Positions 1 to 9,814 of a stretch of 64,000 nucleotides of DNA are shown piece by piece. This stretch comes from Deltaproteobacteria bacterium RIFOXYD12_FULL_56_24 (GTDB lineage Bacteria > Desulfobacterota > Desulfobulbia > Desulfobulbales > Desulfurivibrionaceae), in NCBI GenBank assembly GCA_001799285.1, contig MGTD01000008.1:3699-67698 (forward strand), in the 5' to 3' direction. How positions within the stretch are numbered: the stretch's first letter is position 1; the number at the start of each line of letters is the position of its first letter. The position numbers and the translations under genes are program-made. Under the pieces are notes generated by a model, which made no database searches, was not told the DNA's origin, and worked only from the letters and a program-made list of their open reading frames with translations.

Positions 1-131
1 ACGCCCTGGGTCATCATGGGGGCGGTAATCATGAAAATGATCAGCAGTACCAGCATGACGTCGACCAACGGGGTGACGTTGATATCCGAAACAAGTCGTT
101 TTTTACTGTTGCCGTCTTCGACCGGACCCAT
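1..131 (-). CDS. tolR: TolR/ExbD biopolymer transport protein (5' part, runs off window edge)
   Basis: Manual translation of minus strand from ATG at 131: [43 protein letters not shown], with the ExbD/TolR signature [18 protein letters not shown]; lies downstream of tolQ. Confidence 0.9.
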   Translation of the reverse strand, partial: MGPVEDGNSKKRLVSDINVTPLVDVMLVLLIIFMITAPMMTQG

Positions 132-158
132 GGCGAATTCCTGTAAATCGTAGTTTAT

Positions 159-283
159 AGCTGAGTTGAGCAGCTTGCCTGCCCAAACGAAACTTATGCC
201 CTTTGGGTGCAAAGCTGAGTTGAGCAGCTTGCCGGATTTTATGCCCTTCAGGGTGCAAACGAAACTTATACCCTCTGGGTGCA
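159..283 (+). repeat. Two tandem copies of repeat family A (159-211 short form, 213-283 long form)
   Basis: AGCTGAGTTGAGCAGCTTGCC...AAACGAAACTTAT(A/G)CCC-TNT-GGGTGCA; same unit at 5286, 14749, 16540 (minus) and 32199. Confidence 0.9.
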
Positions 284-379
284 AGAATAACTATACCTTG
301 AAAGGTCGTGAACGGCATATGAGTCGTCACAAAAGGACAATAAATATCAAGGTTGTTGGTAACAGCTCCGCAGTGCTTG

Positions 380-1084
380 TCAGCTCTGGCGGGAAATGAA
401 GTCCCGCTCCACGAGGTTGAGGAAGTCAACGGAAAAGCTGTGCATCCGGCTTTCGATCTCAGCCATCTGGTTGGAATAATAATTATAAAAAACTACGGCG
501 GGGATTGCCACGGCAAGGCCTGCCGCCGTAACGACCAGAGCCTCGGAAACACCGGGCGCCACAACGGCCAGCGAGGCTGAACCGCGCAGGCCGATCTCAT
601 GGAAAGAGGACATGATGCCCCAGACCGTGCCGAAAAGACCGATAAACGGAGCGGTGCTACCGGTGGTGGCCAGAAAGGAGAGTGACTTGGCGAGACGGGC
701 AGATTCGAGATTTTCCGCCTTGCGCAAAGCTCTTTTCAGAGGTTCCATGCCAGCAAGACGTGCTTCCAGGGTTTCATCTGTGGCACTGCGGGAAGTGGCG
801 GTGGTTTTGCCTAATTTCTGCAGCTCATGATAGCCGGTTCTGAAAATATTTGCCTCGGGACACATGGTCAGGTTATTGGCAAATCGGACGGCTTCCGAAA
901 GATTTTTGCTCTGCCAGAAGGTCTCAAGAAATTCCTCGCTTTCCAATCCTGCCTTCTTGAACAGGGAAAATTTTTGGAAAACAATGAACCACGAGTACAA
1001 AGAGAAGCAGAGCAACAGGATCATGACAAATTTGACTGTGAGTCCGGCGCCCAGAAACATTGAAATAATATTAAGCTCTCCCAC
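380..1084 (-). CDS. tolQ: TolQ/ExbB/MotA proton channel protein
   Basis: Motifs LATTGSTAPFIGLFGTVWGIM and APGVSEALVVTAAGLAVAIPAV; adjacent to tolR. Confidence 0.92.
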   Translation of the reverse strand: MGELNIISMFLGAGLTVKFVMILLLCFSLYSWFIVFQKFSLFKKAGLESEEFLETFWQSKNLSEAVRFANNLTMCPEANIFRTGYHELQKLGKTTATSRSATDETLEARLAGMEPLKRALRKAENLESARLAKSLSFLATTGSTAPFIGLFGTVWGIMSSFHEIGLRGSASLAVVAPGVSEALVVTAAGLAVAIPAVVFYNYYSNQMAEIESRMHSFSVDFLNLVERDFISRQS

Positions 1085-1150
1085 TTGCAGGCATCCTTTT
1101 TAAGGTTGAGTTACTTGAGACCTGAGAGGTTCTTGCAAAATGACCGATAT

Positions 1151-1228
1151 GTCATTCCCGAGTGCTTTTGTCGGGAATCCATCGTCAAACATTCAGGCTG
1201 TTATGGATTCCCGCCTGCGCGGGAATGA
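1151..1228. repeat. REP-like double hairpin of the ATTCCC-N-GGGAAT (dRS3-like) type
   Basis: GTCATTCCCG..CGGGAATCCA..TGGATTCCCGCCTGCGCGGGAATGA; the second hairpin is an exact ATTCCC-N8-GGGAAT. Confidence 0.7.
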
Positions 1229-1345
1229 AGGTTTTTGGGGGTTTATTCGTCATTTTGCAAAAGACTCCAGAAGCAATTAACATAAGATATAGATATCGTG
1301 AACCGTTCACCGGGGAGGTCACTAAAGTACCAAAACCACCGGACT

Positions 1346-1453
1346 GTAACCGTTCAGCAGTGCCGCAGATTTGGATAAGCGGACCGGCGCTGCGTACCTC
1401 GTGTACGTAAGCCGGGCCGATCGTCCGAAGATGTGGTGCTGCTGAACGGTTAC
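1346..1453. repeat. Miniature inverted-repeat element, family B
   Basis: 108 bp bounded by GTAACCGTTCAGCAG / CTGCTGAACGGTTAC; near-identical inverted copies at 8064 and 16357; the flank at about 1298-1345 also matches the flank at about 8172-8218. Confidence 0.9.
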
Positions 1454-1785
1454 TAGATATCGGTGGAGCAGTCGGGGCAGATCCTTATCAAAATAAGCGG
1501 GGGAGTGATACGTTGGCATCCCGGTGAATTGCTCCTTTGAATATCACCGCTACTTGTAATTTTTTTTGTGTATCTTGTCAATGGGAGTCATTTAATGACT
1601 GCGGGGTTTTTAAGGGGAAGATTATTGGGAAATCCGCAGATGACCGGCGTGAATATTTTTGACATCATCAGGCAAAAAAGGTATTGAATTTGGTAAATTT
1701 CATTGTCGGTACGGTGGCTGGCTGTTGTTGCCCAGCTTAAGTCAGGATCCCGGGTTGTCTCCGGATAGATTTTCAGGATAGGCCC

Positions 1786-3096
1786 ATGAGAGAAATTAAG
1801 ATTGGTTTGCTTGGTTTTGGTACCGTTGGCAGTGGTTTGGCGGAGGTTCTTTTGCAGCAGTCAGAGCGGTTGCGGCGAAAAACCGGCGTCTCCATCCGGT
1901 TGTGTTGCGTGGCGGATATCCGTATTGAGGCCTTGCCCCCGCAATTTAAGAATGTGGAGCTGGTCCGGGATGCGAACCTGATTTTTAAGGATCCGGAGAT
2001 CGATATCGTGGTCGAGCTGATCGGCGGCATTGAACCGGCCAAGACCTTTATTTTGAAGGCCATAGAACATGGCAAGCATGTGGTTACCGCCAACAAGGCT
2101 CTGATCTCCCAGCACGGCATGGAGATTTTTGCCGCCGCGGCCCGAAAAAATGTTGAAGTCGGCTTTGAGGCCAGTGTCGGCGGCGGCATCCCGGTGATCA
2201 AGGCCCTGAAAGAGGGGCTGGTTGCCAACAAGATTCTCTCGATCATGGGCATCATGAACGGGACGGCCAACTATATCCTTAACAAGATGACCGACGAGGG
2301 CATGGCTTTTGCCGAGGTGCTGAAGGAGGCCCAGGCAAAAGGCTATGCCGAGGCCGATCCCACCTATGATGTCGAGGGGATCGATACGGCGCACAAGCTG
2401 GTGATCCTGATGACCATGGCCTACGGCATGCAGATGAGCCTCGCCGATGTCAGTATCGAAGGCATCTCCCGGATTGAGCCGGTTGACATTGATTTTGCCA
2501 GGGAGTTCGGCTATCGCATCAAACTCCTGGCCATCAGCCGGAATCACGGCGAAACGGTGGAGGCCAGGGTGCATCCGACCATGATTCCGGAAAAGGATCT
2601 GCTGGCCAACATCGGCGGCGCCTTTAACGGGATCCAGTTTACCGGGGACATGGTGGGGGATATCCTGTTGTATGGTCAGGGGGCAGGTAAAATGCCGACC
2701 GGCAGCGCGGTTGCCGCGGATGTGGTTGATATTGCCCGGAACATCCTCTGCAACAGCGTCAACCGGGTTCCCTGTCTTTCCTATCTGCCGGAGGAGATCC
2801 GGCCGAGGGGGATTACCCCCATGGAGAGCTTGCGCGGCTGTTATTATTTCCGGATGACTGTTATGGATAACCCTGGCGTCCTCTCCGCCATTGCCGGGAT
2901 TCTGGCGCATCATAACATCAGCATCGAATCGGTTGTCCAGAAGGGTAGGCATAAACAAGGCACCGTCCCCCTGGTAATAATGACCCATGAGGCGGCGGAG
3001 GCCTCGGTGCGCAAGGCTCTGGCCGAGATTGACGCCTTGGATGTCTGCACCGACAAGACGGTTAAAATTCGCATCATGAAGCCCCATGCAGAATAG
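1786..3096 (+). CDS. hom: Homoserine dehydrogenase with C-terminal ACT domain
   Basis: GLLGFGTVG Rossmann motif, VVTANKAL, FEASVGGGIP, GIMNGTANYIL, AEADPTYDVEGIDTAHKL. Confidence 0.97.
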   Translation: MREIKIGLLGFGTVGSGLAEVLLQQSERLRRKTGVSIRLCCVADIRIEALPPQFKNVELVRDANLIFKDPEIDIVVELIGGIEPAKTFILKAIEHGKHVVTANKALISQHGMEIFAAAARKNVEVGFEASVGGGIPVIKALKEGLVANKILSIMGIMNGTANYILNKMTDEGMAFAEVLKEAQAKGYAEADPTYDVEGIDTAHKLVILMTMAYGMQMSLADVSIEGISRIEPVDIDFAREFGYRIKLLAISRNHGETVEARVHPTMIPEKDLLANIGGAFNGIQFTGDMVGDILLYGQGAGKMPTGSAVAADVVDIARNILCNSVNRVPCLSYLPEEIRPRGITPMESLRGCYYFRMTVMDNPGVLSAIAGILAHHNISIESVVQKGRHKQGTVPLVIMTHEAAEASVRKALAEIDALDVCTDKTVKIRIMKPHAE

Positions 3097-4309
3097 CGGC
3101 GGCAGAAAATACATTATCCTGGTCGGCGATGGCATGGGAGATCTGCCCATTGCTGAATTGGGCGGCAAAACCCCTCTGGCCTTTGCTCAGACCCCGGCAA
3201 TGGACAGGATTGCCCGAGATGGTGAGTTATGTCTGGTTCGCACCGTGCCTGAGGGGTTTTTGCCTGGCAGCGATGTGGCCAATCTCTCTCTGCTCGGTTA
3301 TCTCCCGCATGAGTGCTACAGCGGCCGTGCCCCCTTGGAGGCGGCCAGCCTTGGCGTTGCCCTGGCGCCCGGCCAGATTGCCTTTCGCTGCAACCTGGTC
3401 ACCCTGCGTTTTGCAGAAGATCGGGTATTCATGGAGGATTACAGCAGCGGGCATATCTCCAGCCAGGAGGCGCGAGTCCTGGTCGAGGGATTGGAAGAAG
3501 CCGCGGGAACCGACCGGCTGCGTTTTTACCCCGGAGTAAGCTATCGTCATCTTCTCGTCCACTCCGGCGAGGTCGGGCCGCTGGTCACCGTGCCGCCCCA
3601 TGATTATACCGGCAGAGAGGTGACGGAATTCTGGCAGCGGTATACCAGTATTCCCCACCTGCGGGAGGCCCTGGCAAAGGCCGTGGCTTTTCTGGCAGAC
3701 CATCCGGTAAATCAAGACCGGCAGGCAAGGCAGCGTAATCCCGCCAATGCCATCTGGCTCTGGGGCGAGGGCAAGGCCCCATCCATGCCGACCATCATGG
3801 CGCAGTTTGGCGTGGGTGGGGCCTTGATTTCCGCCGTTGATCTGCTCAAGGGCCTTGGCGTCTATGCAGGCCTTGAGATCATTGAGGTGGAGGGCGCCAC
3901 CGGCTATCTGGACACCAATTATGCAGGCAAGGCGACCGCCGCCCTTGAGGCCTTGAAAACAAAGGATCTGGTTTTCGTGCATGTTGAAGCGCCGGACGAA
4001 GCAGGGCACCAGGGCAGCCTGAAAGACAAGCTTCAGGCCATCGAGGATTTTGACGGCAAGATCGTCAAGCCGATTTTTGAGGCGCTGCTGGCCGGCGGTT
4101 ATGATTTCCGCCTGGCGGTGGCCATGGATCATTTTACCCCGCTTGCCACCAGAACACACAGCGCCGACCCGGTGCCGGTGGCTATTTTCGATTCCCGGGC
4201 AGTCCAGACGGGAAGCGGTCTGCCCTACGATGAGGCAAACGCCGTCATGGCCGGGGATCTGTTGCCGGATGGCCGGCAGTTTTTCAAGCGGGTTCTCGGG
4301 CGGGCATGA
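3086..4309 (+). CDS. apgM: Cofactor-independent phosphoglycerate mutase (ApgM family)
   Basis: GDGMGD, PGSDVANLSLLGY, HVEAPDEAGH and DHFTP metal-binding motifs; overlaps the end of hom. Confidence 0.9.
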   Translation: MQNSGGRKYIILVGDGMGDLPIAELGGKTPLAFAQTPAMDRIARDGELCLVRTVPEGFLPGSDVANLSLLGYLPHECYSGRAPLEAASLGVALAPGQIAFRCNLVTLRFAEDRVFMEDYSSGHISSQEARVLVEGLEEAAGTDRLRFYPGVSYRHLLVHSGEVGPLVTVPPHDYTGREVTEFWQRYTSIPHLREALAKAVAFLADHPVNQDRQARQRNPANAIWLWGEGKAPSMPTIMAQFGVGGALISAVDLLKGLGVYAGLEIIEVEGATGYLDTNYAGKATAALEALKTKDLVFVHVEAPDEAGHQGSLKDKLQAIEDFDGKIVKPIFEALLAGGYDFRLAVAMDHFTPLATRTHSADPVPVAIFDSRAVQTGSGLPYDEANAVMAGDLLPDGRQFFKRVLGRA

Positions 4310-4752
4310 AGGCGGACAAGTCCCTTGAAATGCAAGAACCGTTATATCGCCATCGCTGCCGGGTGATTTACGGCGATACCGATTCCGGCGGAGTCGTGTA
4401 TTATGCTAATTACCTGCGCTATTTTGAGGCAGCCCGCACTGAATTCATGCGGGCGCTGGCGCTCTCCTATAAAGAGATCGAGGAGCAGGGATTTATTTTG
4501 CCGGTGGTGGAATGTCATGTCCGCTATAAGGCTTCGGCTCGATATGACGATCTGTTGCTGATTGAAACCTGTCTTGTTGAAGTTAAATCCAGAACTTGTC
4601 GTTTCAATTACCGGATTATCAGGGAAAATGACGGCAAAATTCTGGTCCAGGGATACACCGCCCATGCGGTTGTGGATTTTGATGGCAGATTGACAAAATT
4701 TCCGGCAGTGGTCCTTGACGCCTTGCGGAATCAGTCGATGGATGTGTCTTAA
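4306..4752 (+). CDS. YbgC/FadM family acyl-CoA thioesterase
   Basis: RVIYGDTDSGGVVYYANYLRYFEAARTE hot-dog thioesterase motif; start may be the later Met. Confidence 0.9.
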   Translation: MKADKSLEMQEPLYRHRCRVIYGDTDSGGVVYYANYLRYFEAARTEFMRALALSYKEIEEQGFILPVVECHVRYKASARYDDLLLIETCLVEVKSRTCRFNYRIIRENDGKILVQGYTAHAVVDFDGRLTKFPAVVLDALRNQSMDVS

Positions 4753-4766
4753 TCCCTTTATTTTCC

Positions 4767-4794
4767 TTGACATTATCCCGAAAAAGATTAAAGT
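4767..4794 (+). promoter_or_regulatory. Probable sigma70 promoter for tRNA-Met
   Basis: TTGACA (4767-4772), 16 nt spacer, TAAAGT (4789-4794), 11 nt before the tRNA. Confidence 0.55.
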
Positions 4795-4805
4795 GCCAAA
4801 AGTGA

Positions 4806-4882
<77 letters not shown>

Positions 4883-4892
4883 TGTAAATGTT

Positions 4893-4926
4893 AAGGACTC
4901 GGCATCTCCGCCGAGTCCTTTTTTTT
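4893..4926 (+). terminator. Rho-independent terminator after tRNA
   Basis: AAGGACTCGGC-loop-GCCGAGTCCTT followed by a T run. Confidence 0.85.
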
Positions 4927-5003
4927 GGCGCAACGTCCGCGTGTAACTTTTACCCGGGTGTTGTTTCGTAAATTTTCTGGATGGTCAGCGATAAGGGGGG
5001 AAT

Positions 5004-5285
5004 ATGGCGGCAACCGTTGATGAGGTTACAATCAATTATGAAGAAGACGGAGTCGTGGTTGTCAAGGAAATCGAAAAGGTTATTTTGTCCAAAGGTGCCT
5101 GGGCTACCATTCTTTTCCGCTACCAGCAGTGGGATCCCAAGAAGAATGAATACAGCCCGGACAAATATTCCATCCGCCGTTACCGCAAGGTGAACGGGGA
5201 ATTCAGCCAGCAGTCCAAATTCAATATTTCCAGCCCGGATCAGGCGCAGAAAATTGTCGAGGCCTTGAGCGGTTGGCTGAAATAA
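5004..5285 (+). CDS. Small hypothetical protein (93 aa)
   Basis: Clean ORF with purine-rich RBS (AAGGGGGGA); no family assigned with certainty. Confidence 0.75.
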   Translation: MAATVDEVTINYEEDGVVVVKEIEKVILSKGAWATILFRYQQWDPKKNEYSPDKYSIRRYRKVNGEFSQQSKFNISSPDQAQKIVEALSGWLK

Positions 5286-5356
5286 AGCTGAGTTGAGCAG
5301 CTTGCCGGATTTTATACCCTTCAGGGTGCAAACGAAACTTATACCCGGAGGGAGCA
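5286..5356 (+). repeat. Repeat family A, long form
   Basis: Near-identical to 213-283; starts immediately after the stop codon at 5285. Confidence 0.88.
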
Positions 5357-5582
5357 AAGAGGCGCCCCATATTTTGCATGTTTTTCATTATGGCTGGTGC
5401 TTTTTGTGGGCAGAAGCTATAATTTTTTTGATCCTTTTGATGTTCGACGCACAGACGGGTTGAAAATATGAATTTTGTGATTACCGCGCAACGCATCGAA
5501 CGTTGAGGCCGGCAATGGCCATTCACCGGGCGTGACAGGCCATGCCCTTCTTTAAAAAGTTGCTGAGTCATTAGGTCAAGGG

Positions 5583-6704
5583 ATGATTATTCCCCCTGCA
5601 AATGCCCCCAGACAAAAACGTATTTCTTTCGCGGTCCTGCTGCTTTTCATCCTCCTTGGCTGGTGGGTTTTTTTCGCTTACCAGCCCCCTGTTCCCGCTC
5701 CGGAAGTTGTTCCCATCCCGGTAACGGCGCGGGGAGACCTCGCAGCCGATGAACAAAGCACCATCGCTCTTTTCCGTTCTGCTTCGCCGGCGGTTGTCTA
5801 TATCACCAACATCGAGGTCCGGCGGAATATCTTCAGCCTCAATATCCATGAGATTCCCCAAGGCACAGGTTCCGGTTTTATCTGGGACAAGCAGGGCAGG
5901 GTGGTGACCAACTATCATGTCATCGAATCTGCCAGCCGGGTCGAGGTTACCCTGGCAGATCGTTCAACTTGGCAAGCCACTTTGGTGGGTGTTGCTCCGG
6001 ACAAGGATCTGGCGGTGTTGCAGATCTCCGCCCCCGCGGAGAAACTCGCCCCGCTTCCTTTGGGTGAATCCCATAACTTGCAGGTGGGTCAGAAGGTTTT
6101 CGCCATCGGTAATCCCTTCGGACTTGATCAGACCCTTACCTCCGGCATTGTCAGCGCCTTGGGCCGGGAGATTCAATCGGCAACCGGCAGAACCATCCAG
6201 GGGGTTGTTCAGACTGATGCCGCCATCAACCCTGGTAACTCTGGGGGGCCACTCCTTGACAGCGCCGGACGTCTTATCGGGGTGAATACCGCTATTTATA
6301 GCCCCTCCGGCGGCAGTGCCGGTATCGGTTTTGCCGTACCGGTGGACGATGTGGCCAAGGTGATTCCGGAAATTATCCAGCATGGGCGGCTGATTCGCCC
6401 CGGTCTTGGTATTGCCGTGGCCGATGAGCAGATTGCCCGCCGGGTAGGGGTGACAGGGGTATTGATCATTAACATCCAACCGGGCAGCTCTGCCGAGGCC
6501 GCGGGACTGCGTGGAACTCGCCGAATTCGCGGAGAAATAGTCTTCGGGGATATTATCCTGGCTGTCGACGATCGCAAGGTTTCTTCCTACGACGACTTGC
6601 GTAATGCCATGGATCAATATAAAGTCGGGGATAAGGTTACCCTGACCATTGAGCGGGAAGGCCGGCAGATGCAACTGCGAGTGGTACTGGAAGAGGTGGG
6701 ATAG
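5583..6704 (+). CDS. HtrA/DegP-family serine protease (N-terminal TM, trypsin-like, PDZ)
   Basis: GTGSGFIWD..VVTNYHV, QTDAAINPGNSGGPL catalytic motif, C-terminal PDZ. Confidence 0.95.
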   Translation: MIIPPANAPRQKRISFAVLLLFILLGWWVFFAYQPPVPAPEVVPIPVTARGDLAADEQSTIALFRSASPAVVYITNIEVRRNIFSLNIHEIPQGTGSGFIWDKQGRVVTNYHVIESASRVEVTLADRSTWQATLVGVAPDKDLAVLQISAPAEKLAPLPLGESHNLQVGQKVFAIGNPFGLDQTLTSGIVSALGREIQSATGRTIQGVVQTDAAINPGNSGGPLLDSAGRLIGVNTAIYSPSGGSAGIGFAVPVDDVAKVIPEIIQHGRLIRPGLGIAVADEQIARRVGVTGVLIINIQPGSSAEAAGLRGTRRIRGEIVFGDIILAVDDRKVSSYDDLRNAMDQYKVGDKVTLTIEREGRQMQLRVVLEEVG

Positions 6705-6708
6705 CTTT

Positions 6709-8064
6709 GTGACCTGGTGGACCCGCGCCCTTAAGAGTCTAATTTCCATAGACGAGCAGCGACTGGATCTGTTTCGGGTTTTTCCCGGAATAAGAAGGTT
6801 TCTGGCTGCCCGGCAGCACTATGCCTATTTGCGGACAGCCGGTGATATCCTCTTTGCTCTGGTGGTTATTTCAGGACTCTTCGGACCAGGCGAGGCGCGC
6901 AGCAATGTCGCGGTTTTTCTCTCGTGGGGCTTGATCTGGCCAAGCATTGTCTTGAGCTGGTTTTTTGTGGGGCGGATGTGGTGCGGGATTTGTCCGTTTC
7001 CAGGGCTTGGCGTCTTCCTGCAACGCCGGGGGATAACCTTTTCTCTGAGTGTGCCTAAAATCCTGCAAAAATACGGGGTATATGCCTCGGTTATCCTGCT
7101 GGCACTTATCATCTGGACCGAGGTTGTTGCCGGACTTGACCGTTCGCCGGTAGGCACCTCATTTTTTGTCCTGGCCATTGTTTTCGGCGCGGCCGTGCTC
7201 TCGATTTTTTTTCACGGCCAGGCCTGGTGCAGGCATCTCTGTCCTTTGGGCCGCATCAGCGGCGCGGCTGCAACCCTCTCCATTACTGAATTTCGGCCGG
7301 ATCACGAAAAATGCCGGGGCTGCGAAACCTTTGCCTGCAAAAAAGGGCTGGAAGACAAACGAGGTTGTCCTGTTTATCTTGGCGCCTATAGTGTCCAGAA
7401 TAACCTGCATTGTCTGGTCTGCGGCCACTGTCTGCCTCTGTGCGATCGAGACTCTCCGCAACTGCTCCTGCGCAACCCTTATTCGGAACTGATCCGCAAC
7501 AAGGGCCGCTACATTACCTGCTCATATATCGTGCCGTTTCTCATAGGCTCTCAGCTTGCCCGTTTTTTGCGGAAAAAGGAGATTTACGCTCAGGTTGTCG
7601 ACTTCTCCGGCTGGTCGGATGCGGTTCTCTTCAGTCTGCTGCTGTTGCTTTGTTTTGCGGCAAGCCTGACTATTATACGTTTCGGCACCCGTCTGTTTGG
7701 CATCAGCGAAGATCCCTTGTTTGGCAAGTTTTCGCCAATGGTCCCCATTCTGATCCCCATGGCCTTCACTGGAGAGCTGGTGTACCGGATGGGATATTTT
7801 GCCGCCGGGGTTGGCGATTTCATTCCCACCTTCGGGCGTCAGACTGGCATGACCTTTCTGGAAAAACTCTTCTTCACCATTCCGGATTTTCCGGTGCAGA
7901 TCCTCTCGGCATTCTTCATGCTTAACGGCGCCATTGCCGGGTGTTACATTCTCTGGCAGTTCTGTCTTACTGATTTCGAGGGGCGGATCCGTTTCAGGAA
8001 TTTTCTCGGGATTAACCTGTTGATTGTCGCCCTGCTCTGTTCCTATCTGACGGTGATTTTTTAA
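6709..8064 (+). CDS. 4Fe-4S binding integral membrane protein (NapH/NosR-like)
   Basis: Multiple TM segments plus CGICP, CRHLCP, CRGCETFAC and CLVCGHCLPLC motifs; GTG at 6709 chosen to avoid overlap with htrA (ORF track starts at 6649). Confidence 0.8.
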   Translation: MTWWTRALKSLISIDEQRLDLFRVFPGIRRFLAARQHYAYLRTAGDILFALVVISGLFGPGEARSNVAVFLSWGLIWPSIVLSWFFVGRMWCGICPFPGLGVFLQRRGITFSLSVPKILQKYGVYASVILLALIIWTEVVAGLDRSPVGTSFFVLAIVFGAAVLSIFFHGQAWCRHLCPLGRISGAAATLSITEFRPDHEKCRGCETFACKKGLEDKRGCPVYLGAYSVQNNLHCLVCGHCLPLCDRDSPQLLLRNPYSELIRNKGRYITCSYIVPFLIGSQLARFLRKKEIYAQVVDFSGWSDAVLFSLLLLLCFAASLTIIRFGTRLFGISEDPLFGKFSPMVPILIPMAFTGELVYRMGYFAAGVGDFIPTFGRQTGMTFLEKLFFTIPDFPVQILSAFFMLNGAIAGCYILWQFCLTDFEGRIRFRNFLGINLLIVALLCSYLTVIF

Positions 8065-8171
8065 TAACCGTTCAGCAGCACCACATCTTCGGACGATCGG
8101 CCCGGCTTACGTACACGAGGTACGCAGCGCCGATCCGCTTGTCCAAAACTGCGGCACTGCTGAACGGTTAC
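8064..8171. repeat. Miniature inverted-repeat element, family B
   Basis: Inverted copy of 1346-1453, abutting the stop codon of the FeS membrane gene. Confidence 0.9.
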
Positions 8172-8325
8172 AGTTCGGCGGTTATTGGTGATTTGGTGAC
8201 CGCCCCGGTGAACGGTTAAGTTTTTTAAGAGCCGTTACCCTTTTTGCTGTTGCTGAACAGATGAATACCTCCAGCCTTGCAGATATATCTTGGTCAGTCC
8301 CATCGGCAAGAGCAAGATTATTTGC

Positions 8326-9375
8326 TTATCGGCTTTGCTGGGACTGGGTAAGGAAGGAGAGGCGCCTGCGCTTGGCAAGCTCTCGCATGTCGGTGTCCCG
8401 ATCTGATTCATCAATGATCTCTCTGCCCACTATTTCTTCAATGATATCCTCAAGGCTGATAACGCCGGTAACCGAGCCGTATTCATCAACCACCACAAAA
8501 AGATGTTTATGGTGGTCAAAAAATTCGAGCATGACCGCGGTCAGCCTTCCTGTCTCCGGGACAAAATGCACCGGCTGCATGAATTCCCGCAAGGTTTTTT
8601 CCCCGGCCCCCTGGGTTCCCCAGTTGAAGATATCCTTGCGCAGGATAATGCCGACCACCTCGTCCGTATTTTTTTCATAAACCGGAATCCGGCTGTGCAT
8701 ATTGAGCATCTCGTTGGCCTGCATTGCCTGGGCTACGGTCAGGTTGGCATCGAGCATGAAAGTAACGGTAAGCGGGGTCATGATCTGACGAACGGTTTTG
8801 TCCTTCAGATCAAGAATGTTGGTGATAACCCGCCGTTCCTGGAGGCTTATCTCTCCTGATTTATGGCTTTGTCTGGCCAGGGCCTGGATTTCCTGGGCCG
8901 AGACCAGAAGAGCGTCGTCCTTGGCTGGGAGAAGCCGGGTGATGGCCTGGATGATCAGAATGAAGGGGCTAAGCAGCTTTACCATCCAGTGAAGGGGATA
9001 GGCAATCCAGACGGCCAGTGGTTTACAGTAGGAAACACCCAGGGTTTTGGGGAGTATTTCTGAAAAGAGGAGGATGGCAATGGTGAAGAGGATGGAAAAC
9101 CAGACCATGCTGTCGGTGCCGAACACCACGGCGGCCGCAGCTCCGGAGAGGGTGGCGCCTGCCGTGTTGGCAATGGTGTTCAGGGTGAGAATGGCGGTGA
9201 TCGGCCGGTGGATATCCTTTTTCATCCCCATGAGGATTCGCCCGATCCGTTTGTGTCTCTGTCCGGTGATTTCGATATGACTCACCTGCAAGGAGTAGAG
9301 CGCTGCCTCGCAGATACTGCAGAGCGCGGAGATTATTATGGCAAAGCTTACGGTCAGACATAATTGCAGGATCAA
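8326..9375 (-). CDS. CNNM/DUF21-CBS (hemolysin/CorB-like) membrane protein
   Basis: CSICEAALYS, ILTLNTIAN, FSEILPK, CBS pair HSRIPVY and VVVDEYGSVTGVISLEDIIEEIVG. Confidence 0.92.
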   Translation of the reverse strand: MILQLCLTVSFAIIISALCSICEAALYSLQVSHIEITGQRHKRIGRILMGMKKDIHRPITAILTLNTIANTAGATLSGAAAAVVFGTDSMVWFSILFTIAILLFSEILPKTLGVSYCKPLAVWIAYPLHWMVKLLSPFILIIQAITRLLPAKDDALLVSAQEIQALARQSHKSGEISLQERRVITNILDLKDKTVRQIMTPLTVTFMLDANLTVAQAMQANEMLNMHSRIPVYEKNTDEVVGIILRKDIFNWGTQGAGEKTLREFMQPVHFVPETGRLTAVMLEFFDHHKHLFVVVDEYGSVTGVISLEDIIEEIVGREIIDESDRDTDMRELAKRRRLSFLTQSQQSR

Positions 9376-9602
9376 GGGGATCTCCAGCTTTTCTGTGAGG
9401 ACTCTGAGGGGTTGAAAACCAGGCTGCGATATCAGTCTGGAATCTAATGCAATTATTAGATTTTTTCATGCAATTATCGTTGCGGAAAGTTTTCGCTGTA
9501 TTATAAGAATTCCTTTCTGGTTATGGTGCATTCACCATGGATCGTGCCGGAAGTCGATGGCCAAGGCAATTTATTATCTCATGGCAGCTCATGAAATCAA
9601 AG

Positions 9603-9711
9603 GTAAGCAATCAAAGGGCACCACATCTTGCGGCGATCGGTCCGGCTCACGTACAAAAGTACGCATCGCCGTCCCGCTTGCCGCAACCAGCGGCACCCTG
9701 TGACCGCTTAT
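9603..9711. repeat. Miniature inverted-repeat element, family C
   Basis: GTAAGC..AGGGCACCACATCTTGCGGCGATCGG..GCGGCACCCTGTGACCGCTTA; copies at 16609, 28810 and 47824. Confidence 0.88.
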
Positions 9712-9814
9712 TCCGTGGTTATTTGACCTTTGTGGGTTAACCCCGTGATCGGTTACAATCAAAGAGTTGCAAGATTACCCAGTCCCGGACTGGATATTCA
9801 AAAGGACTAAATAC

